DNA of 64,000 nucleotides, taken from NCBI GenBank assembly GCA_963815365.1, contig CAWFGN010000012.1, forward strand, positions 128,934 through 192,933, read 5' to 3'. The position numbers and the translations under genes are program-made. The notes beneath the pieces are model-generated. The model did not search any database, was not told the DNA's origin, and saw only the letters and a program-made list of their open reading frames with translations. The stretch comes from an uncultured beta proteobacterium (GTDB lineage Bacteria; Pseudomonadota; Gammaproteobacteria; Burkholderiales; Rhodocyclaceae). Positions 1 through 10,284 of this stretch are shown here, in pieces. Position 1 is the stretch's first letter, and the number at the start of each line of letters is the position of its first letter.

Positions 1-464
1 ATCTCTGGATCGCCAATATCGACCCCCCACCAGCGGGTAACCCGCCATTTGGCACCGACGTCATGACTCTTGCGATCTTTTCCGATGTAGAAGATCAGCG
101 GCTCCCCGGACGAGCCTCCTGTATTGTATCGGGTCAAATTCTGCTTCCCCTCGGCTTTCCAGGTGTCACCGGCCGCTCGTATGGTGGCCTTGTCGGTGAG
201 CGGGAGGCGCTGCAGGTCGGCGAGGCACGACACTCTTGTTGGTTCGAAGCCGATTTCACTAAACAGATTGCGGTAATAGGGAACGGTCGTCCCGACCTGC
301 ATCAGGAAGGCCTTCAGGCGCTCAACGCGCCAGGCTTCCAGGCGCGCCTTTGGCCAGCGCTCCTGTGCTTCCAGCCGCGATCGCACCGCAACTGATCGGT
401 GGCGCTTTAAACGCTCATGGAGTGGGAAGAGCAAACTGGAGCACAGGTTGGTGTAGAAACTCAT
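1..464 (-). CDS. CapK-like / phenylacetate-CoA ligase family adenylate-forming enzyme (runs off window edge, 3' part missing)
   Basis: Not in the ORF track. Manual translation from ATG at 464 (ATGA overlap with upstream stop): MSFYTNLCSSLLFPLHERLK...VPYYRNLF...LPLTDKATIR...YNTGGSSGEPL, which contains the ANL-superfamily P-loop TGGSSGEP. Confidence 0.8.
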   Translation of the reverse strand, partial: MSFYTNLCSSLLFPLHERLKRHRSVAVRSRLEAQERWPKARLEAWRVERLKAFLMQVGTTVPYYRNLFSEIGFEPTRVSCLADLQRLPLTDKATIRAAGDTWKAEGKQNLTRYNTGGSSGEPLIFYIGKDRKSHDVGAKWRVTRWWGVDIGDPE

Positions 465-2599
465 GTGTGTTCCTCAACTCGCACTTGCCTCGCGACAAGT
501 TCACGATACAAGCCGAGCCATTGGTCACGCACATTGCTCCACGCATAGGCCTGGGCCCGCTTTTTTCCTTCGAGCACCAGACGTTCGGCAAGTGAGTGAT
601 CCGTCAGGAGGCGCACGACCGCAATTGCCATTGCTTGCGGATCGCCCGGCGAAACAAGAAGTGCTGAATGTTCGTGTTCAGCGATGAAGGGGATCCCGCC
701 GACGTTAGTAGTTACCACTGGGACACCGCTGGCATAGGCCTCAAGAATGGAAATTGGCATGTTATCAATCGTGCTCGGATTCAACGTTACGTCGGCACAA
801 GCGTAGAGCGATGCGATGCTGTCGTTGTCGATCCTGCCGGCAAAGCGGATTGCCTCCGAAACTCCCAAATTTGCTGCTAATTGCTCACATTTTGATAACT
901 CGGGCCCGGTGCCCGCGACTGTCATTCGGGCTTCCGCGAAAGTAGACCGGATCAGGGCAAAGCTGCGAATTGCTGTCGGAATATCGTAGATGGCTTCCAG
1001 GTTGCGAGTGACAATCAAATGTGGGGCCCCCGGTTTCAGGCATCGCGCATCGGGATTGAATCGTTCGAGATCGACGATATTCGGGATAACCTGTGCCTGG
1101 ATTGAGTATTTTGCGAATACCCCACGAAGAAATTCGGAAGGAGTAATAACTGCTGCCGCTCCAGCCATCATTCTCTGAACGTAGCTGTAGGTTGATATAA
1201 GAAAGGCGTCCGCGTTTCCCCCACGATAATTAACAATTACTAATACTCCACGCCAGCGAGCAATGATCATCGCGGGTGCAGCAAATAGGTGCCAGGCCCA
1301 GCCAGAATTGGCAAAGACATGGAAAATCTGGTTGCGGCCGGCTGCTCGCCACAGTGAAAAAAGATAGGGAATAAGGCGGAACCCGGCGCGTATTACGGGA
1401 ATGCCCGATACCCAGGCTGGGCGATACACGGCGTTTGTCTGGACCAGTTCGACGGCAACTCCTTCCGATTGAAGTAGACGAAATAGCTGTCGACATTGAT
1501 TCGCCATTCCGCCTGGAGGAGGTGGGAGTGGGCCAATGATGGCTAATCGTAACTCTTTGACATGCCCCGAATCCGTGGCATCGTGGCATGCTTCAGTGTG
1601 CCGGCGATAACGCCAGGCGAAAAACAGGAAAACTGCAGCCACAGCCAGCATCAATCCCAGAATGGTCGCCAGAATAAGGTTGCTGCGCAGACGGAGCAGA
1701 GCGTTTATCTTTGCGGCGCTTTCCGGTGTTTCGACGACACGCAGCGCAGGTTGAACACCGACGAGGATGGCGGCTAACTGTTCCAGGTGACGAGACAGAC
1801 GGCCGGCTAATCTTACCCAGGGATCCTGGTCAACGGTGATGACATTGTTGCCCCACCACAGATACCACTGTTGAGCGCCACGCTGGTAATAGTCGAGAGC
1901 TTTTTCAGGAATGGCATAGCCGGGACGGGCCTGTGGATTCAGGACAGATATGCGAGCCGCCGGGCGTTCTCCACGCAGTGAGGAACGAAATTCGAGAGCC
2001 GAAAGAGGCTCGCCTGTATCTCCATCGAGGAACAGGTAATTGTTGAAGACGTCGATGGCCCGCCATTTTCCGGTAGTCCCGTCCCATATTTCGTTGAAGA
2101 TGTGACCATGGCCACCATAGCCATCAAAGGAGAAATTCCATTGGCGAGTGACAATCCCGTCGGCGCGGGCCAAGGCAGAGAAGACATCAGCAAAATCGCC
2201 ACAATAACCCTCGCCTTGATCGACGATACGTCCGTATGTTTCTTCCAACCCCGCCATGATTGGACCTTTGCCATCCAGACGGACCTGAAGATGCCGAGCT
2301 ATCGCCATAGCACGGGACCACTCGTCTTGATGGCTGTCCAGGTTTAGCTCATTCAGAACTTTCCGAAAGGATGGGGGTGCCTCGTGCCGTTCGAAACGGA
2401 AATCGGCTGGTGCGCTAGTCGGCGACCAGTTAAGATTTGCGGCCGGTTCGATGCCATCAAAGAGTAGTGCGTTGCGCAATCGCACGGCCTCACTACTAGG
2501 TGTTGCTTGCATCAGAACCCAAGTCATAACAGCGGCTAACAAGACGAGGTCAAGCGCCAGTAGTCGGCCGATCCACCGTCTGGAGAGGCGGGATGTCAC
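461..2599 (-). CDS. Membrane fusion protein: transglutaminase-like domain + GT4 glycosyltransferase
   Basis: TM at aa ~10-30; Cys-His-Asp motifs GYCGDF (C133), GHGHIFNE (H166), WRAIDVFN (D183); TM at aa ~308-329; GT4 from aa ~350 (GPLPPPPGGMA, DNMPISILEAYASGVPVVTTNVGG). Confidence 0.85.
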   Translation of the reverse strand: MTSRLSRRWIGRLLALDLVLLAAVMTWVLMQATPSSEAVRLRNALLFDGIEPAANLNWSPTSAPADFRFERHEAPPSFRKVLNELNLDSHQDEWSRAMAIARHLQVRLDGKGPIMAGLEETYGRIVDQGEGYCGDFADVFSALARADGIVTRQWNFSFDGYGGHGHIFNEIWDGTTGKWRAIDVFNNYLFLDGDTGEPLSALEFRSSLRGERPAARISVLNPQARPGYAIPEKALDYYQRGAQQWYLWWGNNVITVDQDPWVRLAGRLSRHLEQLAAILVGVQPALRVVETPESAAKINALLRLRSNLILATILGLMLAVAAVFLFFAWRYRRHTEACHDATDSGHVKELRLAIIGPLPPPPGGMANQCRQLFRLLQSEGVAVELVQTNAVYRPAWVSGIPVIRAGFRLIPYLFSLWRAAGRNQIFHVFANSGWAWHLFAAPAMIIARWRGVLVIVNYRGGNADAFLISTYSYVQRMMAGAAAVITPSEFLRGVFAKYSIQAQVIPNIVDLERFNPDARCLKPGAPHLIVTRNLEAIYDIPTAIRSFALIRSTFAEARMTVAGTGPELSKCEQLAANLGVSEAIRFAGRIDNDSIASLYACADVTLNPSTIDNMPISILEAYASGVPVVTTNVGGIPFIAEHEHSALLVSPGDPQAMAIAVVRLLTDHSLAERLVLEGKKRAQAYAWSNVRDQWLGLYRELVARQVRVEEHT

Positions 2600-3912
2600 C
2601 AGCAGAGACCCTCCACATGACCACGCAAGGCGCCAGGGTCAGGCAAGCCGACCAAGTCGAGTACGTAGTGCTTGTCTGACACATGCTTTTCCAGTGCGTC
2701 GAAAATCTCCTTGGTGGCCAATCCAATTACAAGCACGTCACACTCGGCGATTACCTCTGAGAGGTTTTCGCGCATAAGTTCGCCCAAGTGTGGCACGTGA
2801 TGTTCAATGAAGCGACGGTTGGCGCCGAGCAGGCGAGAGAGATGGACCTCCGGGTCATATACCCGCAGTTGAACACCCTTGCCGACTAGTTGTTCGGCAA
2901 GTGTTACCATCGGCGATTCGCGCAGATCGTCGGTGCCGGTCTTGAACGACAAGCCTACAAAACCCACCCTGCGTGAACCGGTAGCCAGTACTTTTTGGAT
3001 GGCATGCTCTATATGAATCTTGTTGGATGCCAGAATACCCGCGTGCATCGGCAGGTCAATATCACGCTGCTTGCCGAGATAGACGGTGGCTCGCAGGTCC
3101 TTGGGTAAACATGAACCGCCGAAAGCATAGCCGGGTTTCAGGTAGGCCCTGGAGATGTTGAGTTGGGTGTCCCGGCAGACCAGGTCCATAACCTCAAAGG
3201 GATCGACGCCGAGGGCTTCGCAAAGGCGAGCGGATTCGTTGGCAAAAGTGATTTTCAGGGCGTGGAAATTATTGCAGCAGTACTTGACCATTTCAGCTGA
3301 CCGCACACTGGTACGGTAAAACTCGCAGGGCAGGTGACCGAACAGGGTACGCAGGCGATCGGCCGGGTAATCGTGATTGCATCCGACAATTGTGAAGGGG
3401 GGCTTGTCGTAGTCGCGGATCGAACTACCTTCGCGCAGGAATTCTGGCTGGAAGCAGCAGAAGAAGTCCGTTCCTTCCTTCTTGCCGGAAGAGGCTTCAA
3501 TTATCGGTCGGATGACATCCTCGACGGTGCCCGGGACGAGAGTGGAACGAAAAACGAAGACATGCGGCTGGGTCTTGTCTCGCATTGCCTTGCCTACCTG
3601 CTCGGCAAGCCGCAACATCGCGCTTTGATCCTGGCTCCCGTTGGCCGCCGATGGCGTTCCGACGCAGACCAGTGAAATTTCGGAGTCCACAACTGCTCTG
3701 GCGGCATCTTGGGTAACCGATACTAGGCCGGAGGCAACGACACGCTGCATGAGGTTGACCATTCCTTCTTCGACGACTGGCGTGCTGCCGCTACTGATCA
3801 GATCGAGCTTCGTCTGGTCTATGTTTACACCAATGACTTCATGACCGTCGCGGGCGAGACAGGCCAGCGACACTGCACCTACGTAACCCAGACCAAATAT
3901 GCTGATTTTCAT
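2596..3912 (-). CDS. UDP-glucose/GDP-mannose dehydrogenase family (AlgD-like)
   Basis: GLGYVG Rossmann motif, PEFLREG, catalytic FGGSCLPKD, GLSFKTGTDDLRESP. Confidence 0.92.
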   Translation of the reverse strand: MKISIFGLGYVGAVSLACLARDGHEVIGVNIDQTKLDLISSGSTPVVEEGMVNLMQRVVASGLVSVTQDAARAVVDSEISLVCVGTPSAANGSQDQSAMLRLAEQVGKAMRDKTQPHVFVFRSTLVPGTVEDVIRPIIEASSGKKEGTDFFCCFQPEFLREGSSIRDYDKPPFTIVGCNHDYPADRLRTLFGHLPCEFYRTSVRSAEMVKYCCNNFHALKITFANESARLCEALGVDPFEVMDLVCRDTQLNISRAYLKPGYAFGGSCLPKDLRATVYLGKQRDIDLPMHAGILASNKIHIEHAIQKVLATGSRRVGFVGLSFKTGTDDLRESPMVTLAEQLVGKGVQLRVYDPEVHLSRLLGANRRFIEHHVPHLGELMRENLSEVIAECDVLVIGLATKEIFDALEKHVSDKHYVLDLVGLPDPGALRGHVEGLCW

Positions 3913-3942
3913 CGGATTGTCCTGTTGATTTGAATTGAAATA

Positions 3943-5142
3943 CTAGTTGGCTTGCCGGCGTGCCATCACGCGCGCAATGATGCTGTCGAGACGCCGCATG
4001 GAGGCCTGCCAGTCATGGTTGGTCAACATGCGTTCGCGACCAGCGACCGAAAAACGGGCTCGTTCATCGGCATCCTGCATCAGGCGAAGGCAGGCCTCGG
4101 CGTAGGAAGCGGGGTTTTCGCCGACGAGGAAGTGGACGCCATCCTGAGCATCGACACCGCCGGCTCCGGCGGGACTGGTAACGACGGGAACGCCCATCGC
4201 CATGGCTTCGAGAATCTTGTTCTGGGTGCCCCGCGCAATGTTGAGCGGGGCCACCATGGCGGCCGAACGAAGGATATAAGGCCGAACATCGGGAACAGAG
4301 CCGGTAACCGTGACGCCGGGCAACTCACCAAGCTTGCGGACCGCAGGTGTTGGATCGGCACCAACGATGATCAACTTGGCCTGCGGCCTTTTTGCGCGGA
4401 TCAGGGGCAGGGTGTTGCGGCAGAAATCGAACATGCACTCTTGATTGGGGTAGTAGTCCATGCGGCCGATGAAAGAGAGCGTATCGGCGTCGTAGCCGCC
4501 ACCGTCCGGTTTGAAGAAGCCCGCATCGACCCCGTTGGGAAACCAGTCGGTGGTCGGAGCGGTGCCATAGGACTGCAGGGTTTCCCATTCGGCGCGGGTG
4601 GTGGCAGTGCTGAAATCGAATTTTTTCGCCAGCCGCCGTTCCGCCAACTCCATCTTGCTGCCTTCGAGGCGGTAGCCGAGGGAAAGCGGGAAGGGCTTGT
4701 AATTGGCGTACTCTAACCATTTCTGCGAATCCATGTCGCCGAAATCGATAATCTTCGGAATGCCCTGAACGTCCTCGACATACTGGGCCACAGAGGAGCA
4801 ATGAACGAAGATGAGATCGAAATTTTCACTGGCGAGCAGTGCATCGACGCGATGCTTGAGGTCTGGCGAATAGAAGTAACCCATGGACGATGGCGTTAAC
4901 ACTGGCAGGCGGACGACCATCCGCAGCATCTGGATCGGATTCTTCACCGAAGCCATTTCGAATCGCTGGCAATGGCCGGCTATGCCTTCGCCCTCCCTCG
5001 CCTCATCCGGCGAACGGGATAGCGAGCATACCGTCACCTGATGGCCCTGGGATGTGAAATGGCGAATCATGTTGAAAGGGCGAATCTTTCCGCCCCGCTT
5101 GGGCGGAAAGGGAAAACGGTGGCATACGTAGAGAATCTTCAT
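3943..5142 (-). CDS. GT4 sugar transferase, PEP-CTERM/XrtA system (TIGR03087-like)
   Basis: HRFPFPPKRGGKIR, GRMDYYPN, APLNIARGTQNKILEAMAMG motifs. Confidence 0.88.
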   Translation of the reverse strand: MKILYVCHRFPFPPKRGGKIRPFNMIRHFTSQGHQVTVCSLSRSPDEAREGEGIAGHCQRFEMASVKNPIQMLRMVVRLPVLTPSSMGYFYSPDLKHRVDALLASENFDLIFVHCSSVAQYVEDVQGIPKIIDFGDMDSQKWLEYANYKPFPLSLGYRLEGSKMELAERRLAKKFDFSTATTRAEWETLQSYGTAPTTDWFPNGVDAGFFKPDGGGYDADTLSFIGRMDYYPNQECMFDFCRNTLPLIRAKRPQAKLIIVGADPTPAVRKLGELPGVTVTGSVPDVRPYILRSAAMVAPLNIARGTQNKILEAMAMGVPVVTSPAGAGGVDAQDGVHFLVGENPASYAEACLRLMQDADERARFSVAGRERMLTNHDWQASMRRLDSIIARVMARRQAN

Positions 5143-7064
5143 GCAAGCATTCCATGCAATTCGGCAGTCACGTCCTCGTGGCTGCGGCGGTCCAGATAAA
5201 TCCTCGCCCAGATCTCGAAGTTGAGTAGGGCGATCAGTGCATCGGTGTAGTCCTGACGATTCGCCCGATGGTCGGCCACCAACTGGGAAACCACGGCGGC
5301 ATCGAACAGCCCGCGGGCGTTGATGGCTTCCGGAGAGAGTATTCGGTCAAGCAGTCGACCCAGTTCGCCCTTTAGCCAGGCTCCCATCGGTGTACCGAAA
5401 CCGCGTTTCTTTCGGTGCAGGATATCCGGCGGCAAACGTCCGGCCAGAGCCTGCTTCATGGCCGACTTGAGAACGCCCCCTTTGATCTTGATCGCCTCCG
5501 GCATGGTCGCGGCCATTTCCAAGAGTTCATGATCCAGCAGGGGAACACGACATTCGAGCGAGACCGTCATGCTCATCTTGTCGGTCAGCATTAATAGGTC
5601 ATCCGGCAATTGCGACGCCATGTCAACGGCCAGCATATGGTTGCAAGGGTCATCCTGCTTGCTGGCGTCAAAGGCTTCCAGCAGTGGATCCCAGGCTGAA
5701 CCGCTACCGCCTTTGAGCAGGCGGCCAGCCAGGGAGCGGTCCATAATTTGCAGATAGGCGCGGTAACGCTCTTCAAAGGAAAGGTCGGCCGTTGCCAGGA
5801 AACCCTTTGCAAGACGAGCGATATTGAGCCACTTCGAGTGGCGGTCGGCCGGGAGTATCCGGCCGATGCCCTTGGCCGCATCCTGGAACGCATTTGGCAG
5901 ACGGCAGAATCGTTCGGCATAGTGGTTGCCGAGATATCGCCGGTAGCCACCGAACAACTCGTCACCGCCGACGCCGGAGAGGATTACGGTGACATCCTGG
6001 CGAGCGAACTCGCTGACCAGGTAGGTGGTGATGAAGGCCGTATCGGCTATAGGTTCGTCCATGTGCCAGAGCAACCGGGGCAGGAGCGCCACGACATCGG
6101 GCTTGACGACGATTTCATGGTGGTCGGTGCCGAACAGTTCGGCGACGCGTCGGGCGTAGGGCAGTTCATTGTAGAAATTATCGGCCGCAGAGCCAGCAAA
6201 GCCGATGGCGTAGGTCTTGACCGGCCGGGATGCTGCCTCGGCCATGCAGGCTACGACCGCCGATGAGTCAATGCCGCCAGACAGGAAGGCCCCGATGGGG
6301 ACATCGGAAACCATCTGCATGCGCACGGAGCGGTTAATGCCACTAGCTATCCGTTCTATCCACTCCCCTTCGCTGATCCCGGTTTCGACGTTTTCAGGAA
6401 GCGACCAATAGCAACGCGTGCTGGCGGCTCCGGCCTCGATGCTCATCAGGCTAGACACCGGCAGCTTGGAAATACTCTCGAACATGGAGCGCGGTGCAGA
6501 GACGTAACCGAGGTTGAGATAACTGGCGAGGGCAGTGTGATCAACCGCGGCGCTGACGCCCGGCAGGGCGAGCAAAGCCTTGGCTTCGGTAGCGAAGGCC
6601 AGGCGCTGGCCATCCCGCCGCCAATAGAGAGGCTTGACGCCAACCCGGTCGCGGCCGATCAGCAGGCGGCGACGCTTGGCATCCCACAGCGCAAAGTTGT
6701 ACATACCATTGAGGCGCAGGACAAAATCATCGCCCCAGGCTTCGTAAGCGTGCAGGATCACTTCGCAGTCGGAGCCCGTCTTGAATCGGTGACCGGCACT
6801 GGTCAGTTCGTCGCGCAGTCCGCGGAAATTATAGATTTCGCCATTGCAGACGAGCCATAGGCTCCCGTCTTCGTTGGTAAGCGGTTGGTGGCCGCCGGCC
6901 AGGTCGATAATGGACAGGCGGCGCATGCCGATGACGCAGTTGCCGTCGTGGTGCCAGCCATGATCGTCGGGGCCGCGGTGGCGGGTGATGTCTCCCATGC
7001 GTGCCATGAGCGCCGGGTCGGCGGAGCTGCCGTCAAGGTGAATGATGCCGTATATGCCACACAT
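5139..7064 (-). CDS. asnB: Asparagine synthase (glutamine-hydrolysing)-type amidotransferase
   Basis: N-terminal MCGI (Ntn Cys), HRGPD, NGEIYN, LSGGIDSS, SGVGGDELFGGY. Confidence 0.9.
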   Translation of the reverse strand: MCGIYGIIHLDGSSADPALMARMGDITRHRGPDDHGWHHDGNCVIGMRRLSIIDLAGGHQPLTNEDGSLWLVCNGEIYNFRGLRDELTSAGHRFKTGSDCEVILHAYEAWGDDFVLRLNGMYNFALWDAKRRRLLIGRDRVGVKPLYWRRDGQRLAFATEAKALLALPGVSAAVDHTALASYLNLGYVSAPRSMFESISKLPVSSLMSIEAGAASTRCYWSLPENVETGISEGEWIERIASGINRSVRMQMVSDVPIGAFLSGGIDSSAVVACMAEAASRPVKTYAIGFAGSAADNFYNELPYARRVAELFGTDHHEIVVKPDVVALLPRLLWHMDEPIADTAFITTYLVSEFARQDVTVILSGVGGDELFGGYRRYLGNHYAERFCRLPNAFQDAAKGIGRILPADRHSKWLNIARLAKGFLATADLSFEERYRAYLQIMDRSLAGRLLKGGSGSAWDPLLEAFDASKQDDPCNHMLAVDMASQLPDDLLMLTDKMSMTVSLECRVPLLDHELLEMAATMPEAIKIKGGVLKSAMKQALAGRLPPDILHRKKRGFGTPMGAWLKGELGRLLDRILSPEAINARGLFDAAVVSQLVADHRANRQDYTDALIALLNFEIWARIYLDRRSHEDVTAELHGMLA

Positions 7065-7082
7065 TTCCTGGTCTTCCTGCGA

Positions 7083-8360
7083 TCAGGTGGTGGTTGTAGC
7101 GTTGACAGCGCCACGTCGGGCAGGTGGCAGGAGCTCGCGATAAACTGCACGATAGTTGGAGGCACTGTGCGCCCATGTCCGCTCGTTTTCGACGAAGGCG
7201 CGACCAGCGCGACGCATCGCTTCCCAACGCTCGCGGTGGGCGAGCATGCGACTGATGGCTTCGGCCAGGGCGCCGGCATCTCCGGCGCGGAAGAGAGCGC
7301 CGGTTTCGCCATCGCGGATCAGTTCCCGGTGACCACCGACGTCCGAAGCAAGCAGAAGCTTGCCTTGTGCCATGGCTTCGAGAGGTTTGAGCGGGGTAAC
7401 CAGATCGGTAAGGCGCATCGATTTTCGGGGGTAGCACAACAGGTCGATCTGGCCGTAGTAGCGCTGAACTTCGCTGTGCGGCACGCGTCCGGTGAAGACG
7501 ACGCGACCGTTGAGCCCGAGTCGTTTAGTCTGCTCGCGCAGGGCTGCGTCCTGCGGGCCGCCGCCAACCAGCAGAATCTTGAGATCAGGGTGTTTGGGCA
7601 GCAATTGTTTGGCGGCATCCAGCAGCAGGTCGAGGCCTTCGTAACCATAAAACGATCCGGCAAAACCGAGAACGACACAGCCATCGAGGCCAAGTGCAGT
7701 GCGCAGCTCGGGTTCGGCTGCCGGCTCGTAGGCAAAGGAGTCAACATCGACAGCATTGGGGATAACCGTTACCTTTTCCGGGGATATTCCGCCACGCGAC
7801 ACGATGTCCTTGCGCAAGCCTTCGCAAATGGTGGTAACGGCATTGGCCCGGCGTAGTGCCCAAGTTTCGAGGGTGCGGGAAATCTTGTAACGCAGGCTGC
7901 CTTCCGCTGTCGTACCATGGTCGACCGCCGCATCCTCCCAAGAAGCGCGCATTTCGTACACCACAGGCAGGCCTAGCTTGCGCCCTGCGCGAATGGCGGG
8001 AATTGCATTGAGCACCGGCGAATGGGGGTGCAGGATGTCGGGACGCAGGCATTTGACAAGCTCTTCAATACGCTTCTGGGTCGCGGCCATCTGTCCGAAA
8101 TAGCCGCGGATGCCCGTCATTTCCTCTTTGGCGGTGGTGCGGTGGAATACCCAGCCGTCGACCTCTTCCTGATCGGAAAACGTGCTGCCCTGCTTGGGTG
8201 TTGTCAGGTGTAGCGTCTCCCAACCCATGCGCCGCTGTTCGGTGAGCAGGGCGAGCGAGCGGAAGGCGTAGCCGCTGTGCAGGGGAATGGAGTGATCGAG
8301 AATGTGCAGAATTCGCAGTGAGTCGGTCTTCGATTTTGATTTCTGTCGATCGTAGATCAT
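7083..8360 (-). CDS. GT4 glycosyltransferase, PEP-CTERM/XrtA system (TIGR04063-like)
   Basis: ILHILDHSIPLHSGY, WEDAAVDHG, VTPLKPLEAMAQG motifs; locus context. Confidence 0.88.
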   Translation of the reverse strand: MIYDRQKSKSKTDSLRILHILDHSIPLHSGYAFRSLALLTEQRRMGWETLHLTTPKQGSTFSDQEEVDGWVFHRTTAKEEMTGIRGYFGQMAATQKRIEELVKCLRPDILHPHSPVLNAIPAIRAGRKLGLPVVYEMRASWEDAAVDHGTTAEGSLRYKISRTLETWALRRANAVTTICEGLRKDIVSRGGISPEKVTVIPNAVDVDSFAYEPAAEPELRTALGLDGCVVLGFAGSFYGYEGLDLLLDAAKQLLPKHPDLKILLVGGGPQDAALREQTKRLGLNGRVVFTGRVPHSEVQRYYGQIDLLCYPRKSMRLTDLVTPLKPLEAMAQGKLLLASDVGGHRELIRDGETGALFRAGDAGALAEAISRMLAHRERWEAMRRAGRAFVENERTWAHSASNYRAVYRELLPPARRGAVNATTTT

Positions 8361-10283
8361 GCCGCCAGGCTCCCACGATCAAGTACGGCGTTGTCGCCAG
8401 CGTTGCGCAGGAAGGCTTCGAACATCAGCAGGGTCCAGATCGGGGCGCTGTAATCGCGGCCGCCGTTGTTGTGATCGTTGACCAGTTGTTGCAGATAGTT
8501 TCGGTTAAACCAGCCGGTGTCGGCCAGACGAGGGCCGAGGATGGCTTCCTGAACGCGCTGCTTGAGCGGGCCGCGGAACCAGCGGGCGAGCGGTACCGAG
8601 AACCCCATTTTGGGGCGATAGAGCACGTCGTTGGGCAGGTAGGGCTCCATGGCCTTCTTGAGCAGGTACTTGCCCTCCTGGCCGCGAACTTTTTGCGATG
8701 AACGTAGTGAGGCGAGCCATTCGACGAGTTCGTGATCCATCAAGGGTTCGCGAACCTCCAGCGAGTGTGCCATGCTGGCGCGGTCAACCTTGGTGTTGAT
8801 GTCGCCGATCAGGTAAGTCTTCAGATCGAGGTACTGAATCAGGGAAAGCGGATCGTCTGTGCAGGCCTTTGCTGCATGGCCGCAAAAAACTTCACTGGCA
8901 TCGTAGCCGCCAAGCGCGGATTTGAATTTGTCGGTGAATAGTTGATTGCGCATGGGGGCGCGCAGGATCGAAACCGAGTGGAAATATGCCTCGACGGAAG
9001 TCCGTGCCATGCCTTCGAAGGTGGTCTTCGCCCTGAAAACGCGCGGTGCCCAATCGGCTTTCGGATAAATCTTGCCCAGCGCACTGAATACCGACCGGCG
9101 CAGACCAAGAGGTAGGGCCGAGCGCATTTTTTCTTCCATCAGGTGCAGACGGTAGCGGCGATATCCACCGAAAATTTCGTCGCCGCCATCACCTGATAGC
9201 GCGACCGTGACATGTCGGCGTGCCAGTTTGACAGACGCGGTAGGTCGGGATGGCGGAACTGTCGGCGTAAGGCTCGTCATAGAGCTTGGCAAGCGTATCG
9301 ACGAGATCGAAATCATCGCTTTCGACCATGTCGAGGTGGTGATTTGTCTGGTAGCGGTCGGCCACCATCTTGGCGAATTCGGACTCGTTGAAGGCTGGAT
9401 CGGCAAAACCGATCGAGCAAGTGTTAACCGGTTTGTTCGACAACCCCGCCATCATTGCGACGACTGCGCTCGAGTCAACGCCTCCCGAAAGGAAGGCGCC
9501 AAGCGGTACTTCGGAAATCATCCGGAGCTTGATGGATTCTTCGAGGCGGCGGGTTAGTTCGGCGCAGGCATCGGCATCGCTGATCGGGTTGTTAAGTGTG
9601 AAACGGACGTCCCAGTATTCGCGGGGCTCACCGACCGGCTGTCCTCGACGTAGCAGCAACGTGTGGGCTGGTGGCAGCTTTTTCGCCTGTTTGAAGATGG
9701 CGCGTGGTTCGGCGACATAGCCAAGGGCAAAATATTCCTCGACAGCGCAAGGATCGATCTCGCGCTTCAGTCCGCCGTGAGCCAGCAGGGACTTGAGTTC
9801 CGAGCCAAAGAGGAAACTGCCGTCGTCAACAAAGGCATAGAAGAGCGGTTTGACACCGAGGCGATCACGGGCCAGGAACAGGGTTTCGCGATTGCGATCC
9901 CAGAGGGCGAAGGCGAACATGCCGCGAAAACGACCAACACAACTTGCTCCCCAAGCTTCCCAGGCATGCACGATGACTTCGGTGTCGCTGCGGGTATGGA
10001 ATACATGGCCCAGAGCCTGCAGTTCGGGGATCAGTTCCTGATAGTTGTAGATTTCGCCATTGAAAACAACGCAAACCGATTGGTCTTCGTTGTAGAGCGG
10101 TTGCTGGCCGGTGGACAGGTCGATGATCGAAAGACGACGATGGCCAAGGCCAACACCGGGCTCGATATGCATGCCGCCTTCGTCCGGGCCACGATGGAAT
10201 TGCGATTCGTTCATGCGATGGAGGGCTACGCGGTCAATATCGCGCTTGCCGCGTGTATCAAAAATTCCGGTAATTCCGCACAT
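8357..10283 (-). CDS. XrtA/PEP-CTERM system amidotransferase (AsnB family, TIGR03108-like); apparent +1 frameshift at ~9228
   Basis: MCGITG start at 10283. ORFs 9189..10313 and 8357..9406 join as PTYRVCQ-LARRHVTVALSGDGGDE if one base of ttt 9227-9229 is removed. Confidence 0.88.
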
Positions 10284-10284
10284 G

